From Octopus bimaculoides (taxonomy: Eukaryota): 64,000 nucleotides of DNA. The notes under the pieces are model-generated. The model ran no database searches and was not told where the DNA came from. It saw only the letters and a list, made by a program, of their open reading frames with translations. The position numbers and the translations under genes were made by a program. The stretch lies in assembly GCF_001194135.2 (NCBI RefSeq), contig NC_068998.1, positions 34,746,221 to 34,810,220 of the forward strand, written 5' to 3'. Positions 11,297-24,080 of the stretch are shown here, one piece after another; the stretch's first letter is position 1; every line of letters begins with the position of its first letter.

Positions 11297-13420
11297 TTAT
11301 GTGTATATCTATATATTTTTACATGTTTGTTTGGTTTCATACATATATAATATATACATACAAAGATTCATAGACACATACATACATACTCGCATATATA
11401 TGTATTTGCACATAAATGCATCTATATACAATATAGGTACATCATATATATATCTTCATGTGTTTGGGTGTAAAATAAAATTAATAAAATTAAAATCCCT
11501 TCAATGCATTCCAATTCAAGACTTTTGTGTTGATAATCCAATAAAATATCGACTTAGCAATTTTACTTCTATGCAGTTCAATGGATGGTAAAATAATATG
11601 ACTTAGGTTAAAATAAGATTTCTTTCTTTTTCATAATGATTTATATCAGTAATTCTCAAGATTTTTCACTTCTCTATCTTTATAACTATACACTTCAACT
11701 CCAGTGCTTTCTTAACTTACAGAATTATCTAGAAAAGTGGGACATGTAAAACTACAGAAGTTAATAATACTAGAAATTTGGAAAGGTGACAATAAATCTA
11801 ATACTTGTATTAGAATAACTTCACAAGAATTAACCTTTTATATTGTGAGAGATGACAGAGCTTCTATGTGGGTTGCCTGGTCTACAAGAAATAACAACCA
11901 AATTTCCCCTCATGTGTTACACTCAACAATCTTAAATGAACAACACATTTGATAATGTAGACTGAGTAAAGTATGTTGAGATGATCATGTGGGAATTGTT
12001 TTTAACCATTGGTTGGTTCATTCAGAACTGACTTATGACAACAACGCATCCATAAGCAATCTCATTATTTGGTATTTAGCACTTGTATGTATTTGAAAGC
12101 CATTGTTTCACATAATTGATATATATTATTTAAGCTGTTGAATAAAACACCGAAAGCAGGTAGAACTGGATGAAAATGAACAGTATTAGATTGAAATCAT
12201 TAGGACATTTACTTTCATCACTCTGTTGTTCTTTGTTTCAAATACTGTAAACGTTGGATTGAGCTTTTATACTTTCAGAACCAAATGTAAATATACTTTT
12301 GCCAATGACATCTGACATTTTTTACTTGGGAAATCTCTGACTAGAGCTTTTGTAATAACTTCAATGGGATTTTATCATGATGGTGATGTTGATGATGACA
12401 ACGATGATACTGATGTCAAAGACGATGACAAGTACTAACAATGTTGACTGCCCCTAGAAAGACAAAATTTACAAATTTAATAATGATGCTTTTCTACTGT
12501 CTAATGTGCATATAATACCAAGTTGTTACATAATTATAGGTAGCATGTTTGGGGGAGAAGAGAGGGAAAGTAATCTCTATTAAATTATTCCCAGTATTTG
12601 AAGAGAAGGAAAAGCTATTTAAAACCTCCTTGCATTTGAAGAAAAGTAAATTGTCGTGAATAAATTCACTCTCTATTTTGGGGAAATTAGCAGTCATTTA
12701 TATCCATTCTGTGTTTCATTGGTTCTTCATTTTATCAATTCTGGAAGCATGAAAGGCAAAGTCAGTATCAGCTTCATTTGAACTTAAAATGTAAGATAGG
12801 GCACCTTACAAACTCTGTCACAACTCCAGACTTAATAATCTAATGATATTATCAAATTTTGGGTTGTGTGTTTTGGGGATGTATTTTATCGTTAGAGACA
12901 TACAACAGAAAAAAAAATATTTCAAAGAATTCTTTATTAGGTTTATACGAGTATCAACATGAAGAAAGCTTACAGGTAATAAATAATATGAGGCAGCATA
13001 AATTAGGATGTGTGTTGCTAAGTCTCCAACTCCAAAATTGTTTAATTCATTATCTGAACTAGAATGAATGTTTAAAACATGCCAATACTGGAAAATGAAG
13101 ATAGATGCAAAATCATTATCAAAGAAAATTCTATAAAATAGAAAGTATTCATGCAAGCATAGACTCCAGACAGAGTGTCCACACAGAGTATATATATTTC
13201 AGCATAATTTCTTCTTTTGTCCTTCAAAAGTATATATTATTAATTGCTTTTTCTAAATTGATTTTATTTTATTTTCATATGAATTGGTGAAATTTCATTC
13301 ATATTTTTTGTACCAGTTTTTCAGTTGATATATTTAACTTTTTTTTAGTGTATAATCATTTAAGAGTTATAAAAATTTCTCCATAATAAATGGTTAATAT
13401 ATATGTGTTTGACTGAGTAG

Positions 13421-13454
<34 letters not shown>

Positions 13455-13694
13455 TATATAATATATTGCATATTAGTACATATATGTATGTAGAACTTCG
13501 TGCACGCACATGTGTGTGTGCGTGTGTTTGTCTATTTAAGTGTTAAAGTATCTACATCAATGTACATTTAATATTCATGTACATTTGTTCAATATAAAAA
13601 AAAAATAATGAATATTCAGATAACGTTTTACATGTACCTGTATGTATGTGCCACATCACATCATTATATATAAAAGTGTTGATGGGGGTGGGTG

Positions 13695-13740
<46 letters not shown>

Positions 13741-13861
13741 TGCGTGCATGGCTGTGAAGTTAAGAAATTTGGGTTCAATCTCACTGTGTCATTTGGGTTC
13801 AATCTCACCATGTTATACCTTATGACACACTGAATCTTCAAATAAATATTAATTTCAGATT

Positions 13862-14062
13862 TTAACACAAGGCCAGCAATTCCAAGGTAGTGAATAAGTC
13901 GATTATATTGACCCCAGTGTTCAACTGGTACTAATTTTATCAACCCCAAAAGTGTGATAAGCAAAGTTGACCTCAGCAGAATTTGAACCCAGAATATAAA
14001 GACATGAAATACCACTAAGCATTTTGCCTAGCAGGCTAATGATTCTGCCAACTTGCCACTGT
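13862..14062 (-). mobile_element. SINE family A copy
   Basis: ATTGACCCCAGTGTTCAACTGGTACT...AAAGTTGACCTCAGCAGAATTTGAACCCAGAA matches the other family A copies. Confidence 0.7.
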
Positions 14063-14639
14063 AGTATCTTCTGATATAGTACCTTGGTTATCCAAAGCAT
14101 TATGAGTAAAATTTCATTGATGGACTCTACATGGAAATCAAAAGGCAGGACCATTCTTTGTCTTAAGGTTTTTTAGTCTGAACATAACTTTCTCCTTACT
14201 TCCCATCAAGGACAGAGGCCTTGAAGAGGGTCATGAGTGCTATCCTTCTCTCCCTCCTCCCCCTCTCCCTCCTCCTCAACAACAACACCATTATTGCTGT
14301 TTTAATATCCATTGTTCGTGCTTGCATTGGTTAGATGAAATTCCCAGAGGAAGCTATTCTACAATCAATTGCCCTTCCTATCATCAACTTTGACGTGTTT
14401 CCAAGCAAGGTAATATTTCTTTATGGCCAAGCATATTTTCATGGAAGGACACAGCTCCTATGATAATGATGACAATCATTTAACTCATTTACAATTATTG
14501 TGTAATGCGAAGACAAGGAGACAGAAACACACATACACACTCACACACACATATATATATATGTATATACACACTTGCACACACACACATATACATACAT
14601 ACATGTATATATGAATGTCTACATGTATACACACACATA

Positions 14640-15035
14640 CTTACTGGACTATTGTGCTAAAGGTACCATCCATCCCATTTGAACTCAGATGCTGCAATAC
14701 CTTAAGGTTTAAAGGTATAGCTCTTCAATGCCCTGCCACAAAAATTAAGAAAACTACACAATGTATTCATAGATGTCTTCAAAAAAGGAACTTGACATTC
14801 TCCTCTCCACAATACCGGATGAACCAATAACCTGGCATAAGGTGCAGATGAGGGCACCAAATAGGCCATGCACCAAATGGGCCAACAACCAGGGCAAAAG
14901 CACATACAGGAGTGTTGATGTGAAACCCCACCAGCCTGGGGCAATCAGCAAAAGAAGAATCATGCATAAAAGTGCAAAATCAGGGTGGTGTTTCAGCATG
15001 GCTGCAGCTGAATGACTGAAAAGAATAAAAGAATA
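14640..15035 (+). mobile_element. CR1-like LINE 3' end
   Basis: Across one frameshift it reads LFNALPQKLRKLHNVFIDVFKK/ELDILLSTIPDEP, the conserved CR1 ORF2 C-terminus, then a 3' UTR ending in AAAAGAAT repeats. Confidence 0.75.
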
Positions 15036-15423
15036 TAGTTATGTATGCATATATGTATGTATGTATTTATGTATGTATGTATGTATTTATGTATACACAC
15101 ACACACATATATACATGTATGTACACACACACATACACACACATACACAAACACGTACAAACACACGCATGCATGTTATAAAAGTCAAGTGGTATATTCA
15201 TCTCTTTCATGAATAAATGAATATGTTGGCTTGAAATGGATGCAGCTTCAAGATGGAGTTAAAGTTATTAGGAGTTAAAGAAAATAGAAATTAGTAAAGG
15301 TAAAGAAACAGTAGCTTCATGGAGTCATTCACATAATTGTCCATATTTATATGTTTGTATGTTTTCGTGTAGGTGTATTATATTTCATGTATGTGTATAT
15401 ATATTTATATATATATGTATGTA

Positions 15424-16325
15424 TGAGGGGGTATCCAGAAGTAGCCAGAAACGTTCTCTATGGGACAAGCCCGTTGTATTTTAGGCTTCTGTCACTAGAA
15501 GCCACTTGATGCAACCCTCAGGCATCAGCCTGCCAACATTTGTTGTCCAGTGTGGTCATACTGCCACATGGTGCGTTTTTGTTTTGCAGTGCTTCTCGCC
15601 GGTTTGTCAATTTTTTCAATGGCTGAAATGAACAGCTTGCTTCCATGAAATTCTGTTTTCTGCTTGGGAAAACGGCAGCTGGAACAGTTCTCACGCTTCA
15701 AACAGCTAACAAGGGTGCTGCCATGAGCAAAGCACAAGTTTATGAGTGGTTTCCATGCTTTAGGAGTGCTCACTTATATCACTTGAAGACCAACCTTGTC
15801 AAGGCATCTGTCAACTTCCTGAATGAATGAAAACATCATGAAAATTCATGAACTGATCGTGGAGGGCTGTCATTGAACAATTGACAAACTTGTTGATATA
15901 ATTAGTGTGTCCTGAGACTCCTGTCAACAAATTCTGTGTGAGGGATTACAAATGAAAAGAGTTGCGACAAAATTTGCACCTTGCTTGCTCACAGATCAAA
16001 AGCAGTCATAATTGAATGCATGTCATAAACTGAAAGAACAGTTGGAAGTTGATCCAGATCTTTTTTTTCAAAGATCATCACTGGTGACAAAAGCTGGTGC
16101 TATAGAATTTGCAGATGTGGAAGAGATGAAGAAAAAAGTGACGGAGGCATTAAAAGGCATCACTTCGCTAGAATTTCAGCACTGCTTCCAACAGTGGAAG
16201 ATGCATCAGGACAGATGCATTGCTTCAAATGCAGAATACTTTGAAGGTGATAAAAGTGTAAACATATAAAACTAAGTGAATGGAATAATATTGCAAAATT
16301 CTGGTTTCTTTTGGGTACCTTCTTG
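15424..16325 (+). mobile_element. Internally deleted mariner transposon with both TIRs
   Basis: TIRs TGAGGGGGTATCCAGAAGTAGCCAGAA and TTCTGGTTTCTTTTGGGTACCTTCTTG. Decayed N-terminus (MKFCFLLGKTAA..., KFAPCLL, ITGDKSW) is joined near 16105 directly to the C-terminus (EFQHCFQQWK...CIASNAEYFEGD). Confidence 0.9.
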
Positions 16326-16416
16326 TGTGTGTGTATGATGTGTGTATGATGTATGATGTGTGTGTGTATGATGTATGATGTGTGTATGATGTGTGTGTAT
16401 GATGTGTGTGTGTGTG

Positions 16417-16461
<45 letters not shown>

Positions 16462-16830
16462 NNNNNNNNNNNNNNNNNNNNNNNNNNNNNNNNNNNNNNN
16501 NNNNNNNNNNNNNNNNNNNNNNNNNNNNNNNNNNNNNNNNNNNNNNNNNNNNNNNNNNNNNNNNNNNNNNNNNNNNNNNNNNNNNNNNNNNNNNNNNNNN
16601 NNNNNNNNNNNNNNNNNNNNNNNNNNNNNNNNNNNNNNNNNNNNNNNNNNNNNNNNNNNNNNNNNNNNNNNNNNNNNNNNNNNNNNNNNNNNNNNNNNNN
16701 NNNNNNNNNNNNNNNNNNNNNNNNNNNNNNNNNNNNNNNNNNNNNNNNNNNNNNNNNNNNNNNNNNNNNNNNNNNNNNNNNNNNNNNNNNNNNNNNNNNN
16801 NNNNNNNNNNNTGTGTGTATGATGTGTGTG
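16326..16830. repeat. Compound (GTGTATGAT)-like minisatellite plus (TA)n around a gap
   Basis: Repeated TGTGTATGATG units on both sides of gap 16462-16811. Confidence 0.8.
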
Positions 16831-18199
16831 TGTGTGTATTTGTTTCCACTTCTTTTTTAGAAATGGGTCAAAAGTAATTATTTTACTGCCAGATGCCCTT
16901 TCTGTTAGCAACACTTAGTTGTTTACAAACAAGCAAGTCTTTCCTTCTGCACATCTTCAAAAGTGCACAAAGTTACCCTGCAATTTGTTGACAGAGAAAT
17001 GTTATCAAAGAACATTAACCATTTCTCATACGAACATGGAATGTAAACATTCTTTGACACACGTGATTGTTGTACAGCATAACAAAAAACTAAATAGCAT
17101 TTATTTTCTTTATTAATATAATCCATTATCAACATGAAATTGGAAGGCATGATGAAAATAACTTTCAAGTTTACAATTAACCTGTTATAATGGAGATTGA
17201 AAATATTTTGGATGATAGCCTGCAATGTGCTCTATTCTGCTTACCTGAAATCATTACATGATCGTATTATGCAACGATCATGTGCAAGATATTAAATGGT
17301 TAAAAAGTTCTGGATTGAATTTCTTTCTGAATAAAAAAAAATCTAAAAGCCTACATCAACATAGTTGCAATCTATACCTTTGAAAACGTATTTCTGTAAA
17401 TTTTTATGGAAAAATGCACTCTATTAAAAAACATTATGGAAAGAAAAAAAAATCAAGAGATGGGCCACTACACTGTATGTATACACACACACACACGCAC
17501 ACACACACACCATTTCATATCATATAACAGACCGGATTTTGTTTACCATGTCAACTATTTTGAAAAGTTGACAGTGCATAGATGGCATTTCATAGAAAAA
17601 TGGAAAAAATTATGGAATGGATTTTCTGAACATGATTTTAATAACCAATATAAATTAAATTATGTATGAGAGAGAGAGAGCTCAAACAAAGAATTCATTC
17701 AAATAGATGCATGGAACATTTTTCTTTATAAACAAAATGAAGCAAAGGATGCTCACAGCTAATATTTTATGCCACCAATACCAGATGATTTTATTTTGGG
17801 GTGAAAGTGGGTTGGTATTCTACGATATCTCTTATTGGAGTTGGACAAACTTTTGTCTCATTGGGATCCTGTACTTGAAACTCATGTATGTAAACTCAAT
17901 GAAAGTTAAGCAAAAAAGACTTCATGCACATTATTTGTAAGCAGAATCACAAAATGAATTTATTTCTTTTGCCCCTATTTTGTTTTGAAATAATATTCTT
18001 AGAAAGATCAAATGCAAAATACCATTCAGTAATATCTGATGCAATATCTGATTCTATACATGTCAAACAGATAACATATATCATGCATTACCTTCAAAGT
18101 ATGGATTGTGAGTTTAAGATTCAAGGGAGATTTTAACTTAGGAAGACTGTAGTGAGAAAACAGGTTCTGCCATTGCAAACCTGATAGAGGAAGCTGCAA

Positions 18200-18790
18200 A
18201 TTACAATTGCATTTACTTGGAAAATTGCAGGAGTCTTGGAAACTATAGGATCAAAATGGCAATCAAGTACAAGGGAGTATAAAAGAAAACCAGACGATGG
18301 ATCCCAAGACTCAAGCAGAATCGTTATTTTGGACATCTACATTTTTATGTCATTATTAATTCAGTCAATGAAAATTTAAAGCTAAAAGGAAAATCTCTGG
18401 CATACAACTGAAAATACCTCTCTATGGGAAAATCTCACAGGATATGTTTTCAACAGTTTACAGTATTGATGTAAATGGCAAAGGACTTCCAAAGAAATTT
18501 ATCAACATTGAAACTATGATAAAACTGTGGAAACTTTGGGGAACTTCAACTTATACCCATCAATTTACTCTGCAAAATATATAAACTGGGAAATATTTTT
18601 CCATAACTTTGTCTATTACTTTGGATTTTTCTCCTGATGCCTGCAATGGCAGTCTCAGCGGAACATTCATTTCAGTAAGCTTAAACTGATAATGAACTAT
18701 CTCAAAACAAACATGTCTCTAGGTTGCTTGGTGGTCTTAACTCAACACAGCACTGAATTAGATCTCAGTGGAACTATTGATTTCAGATAT
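18200..18790 (+). pseudogene. Probable degenerate Polinton/adintovirus-type major capsid protein C-terminal fragment
   Basis: Frameshifted translation gives, in order, WIPRLKQNRYFGHLHFYVII, YSIDVNGKGLPKK, TLDFSPDACNG and KLKLIMNY...LVVLTQHSTELDL. Order and spacing resemble Polinton MCP motifs (F.GQLP...VI; L.VDG..IP.K; FDLTPD; LRLE.F). Recognised by eye only. Confidence 0.5.
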
Positions 18791-19864
18791 ATCATAGTAA
18801 ACTTTGCACACAAGAAAGCATGTAAGGCACTCCTGTAAAAGTGAAAACCCAGTCATTCATTCTATAATCTTTGATAATAAATAAATAATTAAAATTATTT
18901 ATTAGTTTTTGGCTTTAATAGTTTGGGGTTGGGACTCTAAAGCAGACCTGCTCTGGGATTAATTCTTACTCTTGGCAGCCTTTCTAATCTATTCCTTTTA
19001 TTTCTGAATGTCTTTTAGAATCAATTACTTTGTTACAGAATACTATTTTTGCTGATTTCATACTTCAGATTAAATCAAAGATAGAACATTGTCACGAGTT
19101 GACCAGGGGTTAGAATTGGACAATTGATGCTTGCTGGACATTGTTTGAGATAAGAGAGAGGAACAGCTTACATAAATGTTGAAGCTTTATGTTTTATTGT
19201 TGTTGATGTTGACCCCGGTTAAATCTGGTAAACAGAGCTTCAATAACAAGATATTCCAGCCAAATGGATTTCAGTCACTGTACATCTAGGACAACGTTAT
19301 CTAATGTATCCAGTTTTTCTTAGAAGGGAGGGTGTGATAATACAGATATTTGAATGTACTTTATTAACAAATCAAACAACTACACTGATACTTCTTGGAA
19401 ATTGTTATTTCTTAGCATCAGGTCAGACCTGATCGTGGTTATTCTAGCCTTGATCATCCTGTCTATTTAGGGTCATGTAAGAGTAATAATGCAAATTTAT
19501 GGCATTGGATATTTTACCTTAGCCTTCACCAAATACTGCTTCTATTTCAAATCATTCACACTCATTGTTTACATTTCTTAATTTTACACGACATGTAAAT
19601 GCCTGCATTGTACAATAATACCCCTCCACATACCTACCTTCATTCATATATGAATGTGTGTGTAGATAAGCCAGCTGGAGGAGATGTCCTCCTGGGGCTA
19701 AAAGCAACAGTAACATCCACCCCTAGGGGTCAGCCACACTTAAGTGGCAATATACTACACTTTATCGTGCAGTTACTGTTAATACTTCATTTAGAGAATT
19801 AACATTGCTTGTTTTCACCTTTTCGATATCAGTAAAGAATTTCACTGGAAAAGAAGATATAAGA

Positions 19865-19989
19865 TTGCCAGGTTTTTGTCTCTCTCACCAAGGTCAGCAG
19901 CTATCGAACGCCGACGAAGGGAAATAACCCTGAAATCCGGATCCGTTCGTGCTGCAGATGTTGGTGAGAGGGATAACTTCCCTTGGCAA
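19865..19989 (+). ncRNA. Type I hammerhead-ribozyme fold (core 19905-19949) at the tip of a long rod-like stem
   Basis: CGAACG-CCGACGA-AGGG(AAATAA)CCCT-GAAA-TCCGGA-TC-CGTTCG: 6-bp stem I, 4-bp stem II, short palindromic stem III, AUC triplet. Stem I extends via GCAGC/GCTGC, CTCTCACCAA/TTGGTGAGAG and TTGCCA/TGGCAA. One core deviation (U4 to C). Confidence 0.75.
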
Positions 19990-21282
19990 ACAGGACACAG
20001 TCGTGTGNNNNNNNNNNNNNNNNNNNNNNNNNNNNNNNNNNNNNNNNNNNNNNNNNNNNNNNNNNNNNNNNNNNNNNNNNNNNNNNNNNNNNNNNNNNNN
20101 NNNNNNNNNNNNNNNNNNNNNNNNNNNNNNNNNNNNNNNNNNNNNNNNNNNNNNNNNNNNNNNNNNNNNNNNNNNNNNNNNNNNNNNNNNNNNNNNNNNN
20201 NNNNNNNNNNNNNNNNNNNNNNNNNNNNNNNNNNNNNNNNNNNNNNNNNNNNNNNNNNNNNNNNNNNNNNNNNNNNNNNNNNNNNNNNNNNNNNNNNNNN
20301 NNNNNNNNNNNNNNNNNNNNNNNNNNNNNNNNNNNNNNNNNNNNNNNNNNNNNNNNNNNNNNNNNNNNNNNNNNNNNNNNNNNNNNNNNNNNNNNNNNNN
20401 NNNNNNNNNNNNNNNNNNNNNNNNNNNNNNNNNNNNNNNNNNNNNNNNNNNNNNNNNNNNNNNNNNNNNNNNNNNNNNNNNNNNNNNNNNNNNNNNNNNN
20501 NNNNNNNNNNNNNNNNNNNNNNNNNNNNNNNNNNNNNNNNNNNNNNNNNNNNNNNNNNNNNNNNNNNNNNNNNNNNNNNNNNNNNNNNNNNNNNNNNNNN
20601 NNNNNNNNNNNNNNNNNNNNNNNNNNNNNNNNNNNNNNNNNNNNNNNNNNNNNNNNNNNNNNNNNNNNNNNNNNNNNNNNNNNNNNNNNNNNNNNNNNNN
20701 NNNNNNNNNNNNNNNNNNCCATCATGAAATTTCAACTTCATTACCTTATATGGCAAATGTCATATTTGATGGTGTTGTCAGATAATTCTCCCATTGATTT
20801 CTCATATTCAATTTTTTTTTTTTTTTTAACATAATGAACTGAAAGTAAATAATATTTCTATAATATAAAAGTAATGATAATAAAAACATATATATTCCAG
20901 TTGATACTTTGAAATTTTATAAATAGTTTGGATATCTTTTTTGTATTAAGTGTAAGGAACTCAGATTAAATAGTCTGTCCAAAACCAAGAAAAATAAAAT
21001 GCCAGATTTTATTATTTAGAAGAAAATTCATCTAAAGAATATGATAGAAATAACCATCAATATTGATTGTCAGTGTAGATATAGTATATATAATATATGT
21101 ATGTGTGTGCATGCAAGTGTGTGTGTACACACATTTAAATCTGGAGTATGTATATGAATATATGCATGTATATATATTTATACTTATGTCTATCTATTTA
21201 TCTATCTATACACACACACACACATATATACATACAAACAAATATAATATATATATATGCAGACATATATAATATAAATATA

Positions 21283-21317
<35 letters not shown>

Positions 21318-22234
21318 NNNNNNNNNNNNNNNNNNNNNNNNNNNNNNNNNNNNNNNNNNNNNNNNNNNNNNNNNNNNNNNNNNNNNNNNNNNNNNNNNNN
21401 NNNNNNNNNNNNNNNNNNNNNNNNNNNNNNNNNNNNNNNNNNNNNNNNNNNNNNNNNNNNNNNNNNNNNNNNNNNNNNNNNNNNNNNNNNNNNNNNNNNN
21501 NNNNNNNNNNNNNNNNNNNNNNNNNNNNNNNNNNNNNNNNNNNNNNNNNNNNNNNNNNNNNNNNNNNNNNNNNNNNNNNNNNNNNNNNNNNNNNNNNNNN
21601 NNNNNNNNNNNNNNNNNNNNNNNNNNNNNNNNNNNNNNNNNNNNNNNNNNNNNNNNNNNNNNNNNNNNNNNNNNNNNNNNNNNNNNNNNNNNNNNNNNNN
21701 NNNNNNNNNNNNNNNNNNNNNNNNNNNNNNNNNNNNNNNNNNNNNNNNNNNNNNNNNNNNNNNNNNNNNNNNNNNNNNNNNNNNNNNNNNNNNNNNNNNN
21801 NNNNNNNNNNNNNNNNNNNNNNNNNNNNNNNNNNNNNNNNNNNNNNNNNNNNNNNNNNNNNNNNNNNNNNNNNNNNNNNNNNNNNNNNNNNNNNNNNNNN
21901 NNNNNNNNNNNNNNNNNNNNNNNNNNNNNNNNNNNNNNNNNNNNNNNNNNNNNNNNNNNNNNNNNNNNNNNNNNNNNNNNNNNNNNNNNNNNNNNNNNNN
22001 NNNNNNNNNNNNNNNNNNNNNNNNNNNNNNNNNNNNNNNNNNNNNNNNNNNNNNNNNNNNNNNNNNNNNNNNNNNGCAAAACAGATTATAATCCTATTGA
22101 TTGGCAACTAAGATTTTAAACCAAATAATGCACCAGAATAATAACATTTGGGAATAATATATCCAGAGGAGCTGACATGATGGAATCTGTTAATACTAGC
22201 TGAGCAAATAAAAATTCTAATAAATTGTTCTGTA

Positions 22235-22292
<58 letters not shown>

Positions 22293-22499
22293 TTCTAACT
22301 ATCCAAGTTGTTCTCAGGCACTTATTTACCTATCTGTCTGTCCCTCAATCAATTTATCTATCAGTCTGATTACCAAACTGCATATCTTAAAACTTCTTTC
22401 TTACAGTTAGGTCAGAAGATCACATTTCACACATACATTTTATATTTAGCATGCTTTCAGTAACTGGATGCCCTTCCTGGCACTAACCACTTTGTTCAA

Positions 22500-22900
22500 T
22501 GTACTGGGCGCATTTTATCATGACTAGTACCATAGGGTTGTCAACATCTGGACAAGATACAGTCTTCCATACTCTATCTTTTATTTTTTCCAGTTATTTT
22601 CTTACAGTCATGCTGGGGTACTGCCTTGAAGGGTTTTAGTCAATCAAAACAACCCCAGAACTTTTTTTTTCAAGCCTAGTACTTATTCTGTTGGTCATTT
22701 TTGATGAACTGCTAAGTTACAGGGACGTAAACACACCAGCACTGGTTATCAAGTGGTGGTGGTAAGGGTCACACACACATACACAATGTGCTTTTTCCAG
22801 TTTCCGCCTACCAAATCCACAGTAGAAGACACTTGCCCAAAGTGCCATGCAATGGGACTGAACCTGGAACCATGTGGTTGGCAAGAAAACTGCTTATTCA
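22500..22900 (-). mobile_element. SINE family B copy (composite, with RTE-tail-like segment upstream)
   Basis: AGAAGACACTTGCCCAAAGTGCCATGCAATGGGACTGAACCTGGAACCATGTGGTTGG is the reverse complement of the family B head. Confidence 0.7.
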
Positions 22901-22949
22901 CCAGCTACTTAACAGGTATGTACTAAACACAATTTTATCATGGATACCA

Positions 22950-23137
22950 ACATTAGAAAGGTGGTCGATTTTCATGGTGTTTAATCTGGTGGAAGGAACA
23001 CTGTACTCCTGACCCTCACAAGCCCATCCCTTAGGTAGATTGATATGGTTTATGCTCCACTTGAACCTAGAGAGGGCTGAATCTGTCATAAGAAAGAATG
23101 TTGGTCTGCTCAGAAAAGCGAGAATATAGTCTGACAA
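22950..23137 (-). mobile_element. Possible Gypsy RNase H fragment
   Basis: ORF 22898..23137 contains RPTFFLMTDSAL...PKGWACEGQEY, resembling the Gypsy RNase H pattern R.F.L.TDHSAL...P.G...W...QEY. Confidence 0.4.
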
Positions 23138-24080
23138 GAACTTGCACTGGACTGTAGTTATTGTTACTATTATTATTTTCTAATTCAGGTCAGATTTGTG
23201 ATTGAAAGCATTCCTACTGTGACCATCATGTATTTTCTTAAGTGCAGTGAATTTAAGACTGCATTGGTCAATAAGTTCTTTTGCAACAGTATGGGGTAAT
23301 GTTTGTAAGAGATTTAGCTACAGTTTCTACTGAGTCAAATGGCCAGAGGAACCCTGTTTAACTTATGGTTTTTAGGTGTTATGCAGGTGTGTGATAAATC
23401 ATTGGATACATCAAGTGAGTTACAGCTCGAGAAGAATTTGCATTTATTTCTGAAACACAGGTGGACTGAAGGATGTAGAATTATGTGAACAATCATCCTA
23501 ATTAATGTGAGCATGGATGCATGCATACATGTGTGTGTGTGTATGTGCATGTACGTGTGTGTGTACATATAAACAACCTTAGATATATACATACATATAT
23601 ATACAGAAATACATTATGTCCAGCCTTACATTCCTTATATGAACTCACAGAAATGAAAATATATTTTGTATGTTATGTTGTATAGTGTGGTTTATGCGTG
23701 TGTTTTCATGCTTCTGTTTATGTATGCATGTAAGTATGGTTTCATTTTATGTATGTTTGTGTGTGTGTGTGTGTTGATATTTATATATATATATATTAAT
23801 ATTTATATTTAAATATTAAATTTGGGTTTATTTTAAAGAAATTTTATAAATAACAACAAAGCATTTATCTATCCTGCACTTAATACTAACAATACAGTCA
23901 AATTTATTTTAAAATTAGTTTTGGACTGAGTCTTCAAGTTTCACTTTAAGCGATTGGATGAAATTTTGAAGGCCTTACAAAATTGACATTCACAATAATA
24001 AATAATAAATAAATATTTTCATCATATTTTAAAATGTATTAAGTCCTCTACTGGTAAGCAATCCTCTTAATTGCTTTTGT

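Noticed and set aside
11700-13200. Non-repetitive stretches with short ORFs and a 35-nt exon-like segment near 12941-12975
   Set aside because: No recognisable domain or consistent reading frame.
17245-17326. Minus-strand segment with strong acceptor and donor, containing a perfect 10-bp hairpin (17256-17283)
   Set aside because: All three frames contain stops and an isolated 10-bp stem is weak evidence; a non-coding exon cannot be excluded.
19842-20007. Minus-strand open frame TRLCPVCQGKLSLSP...LYLLFQ
   Set aside because: Short, gap-truncated and unrecognised; the GC richness is better explained by the plus-strand RNA structure.
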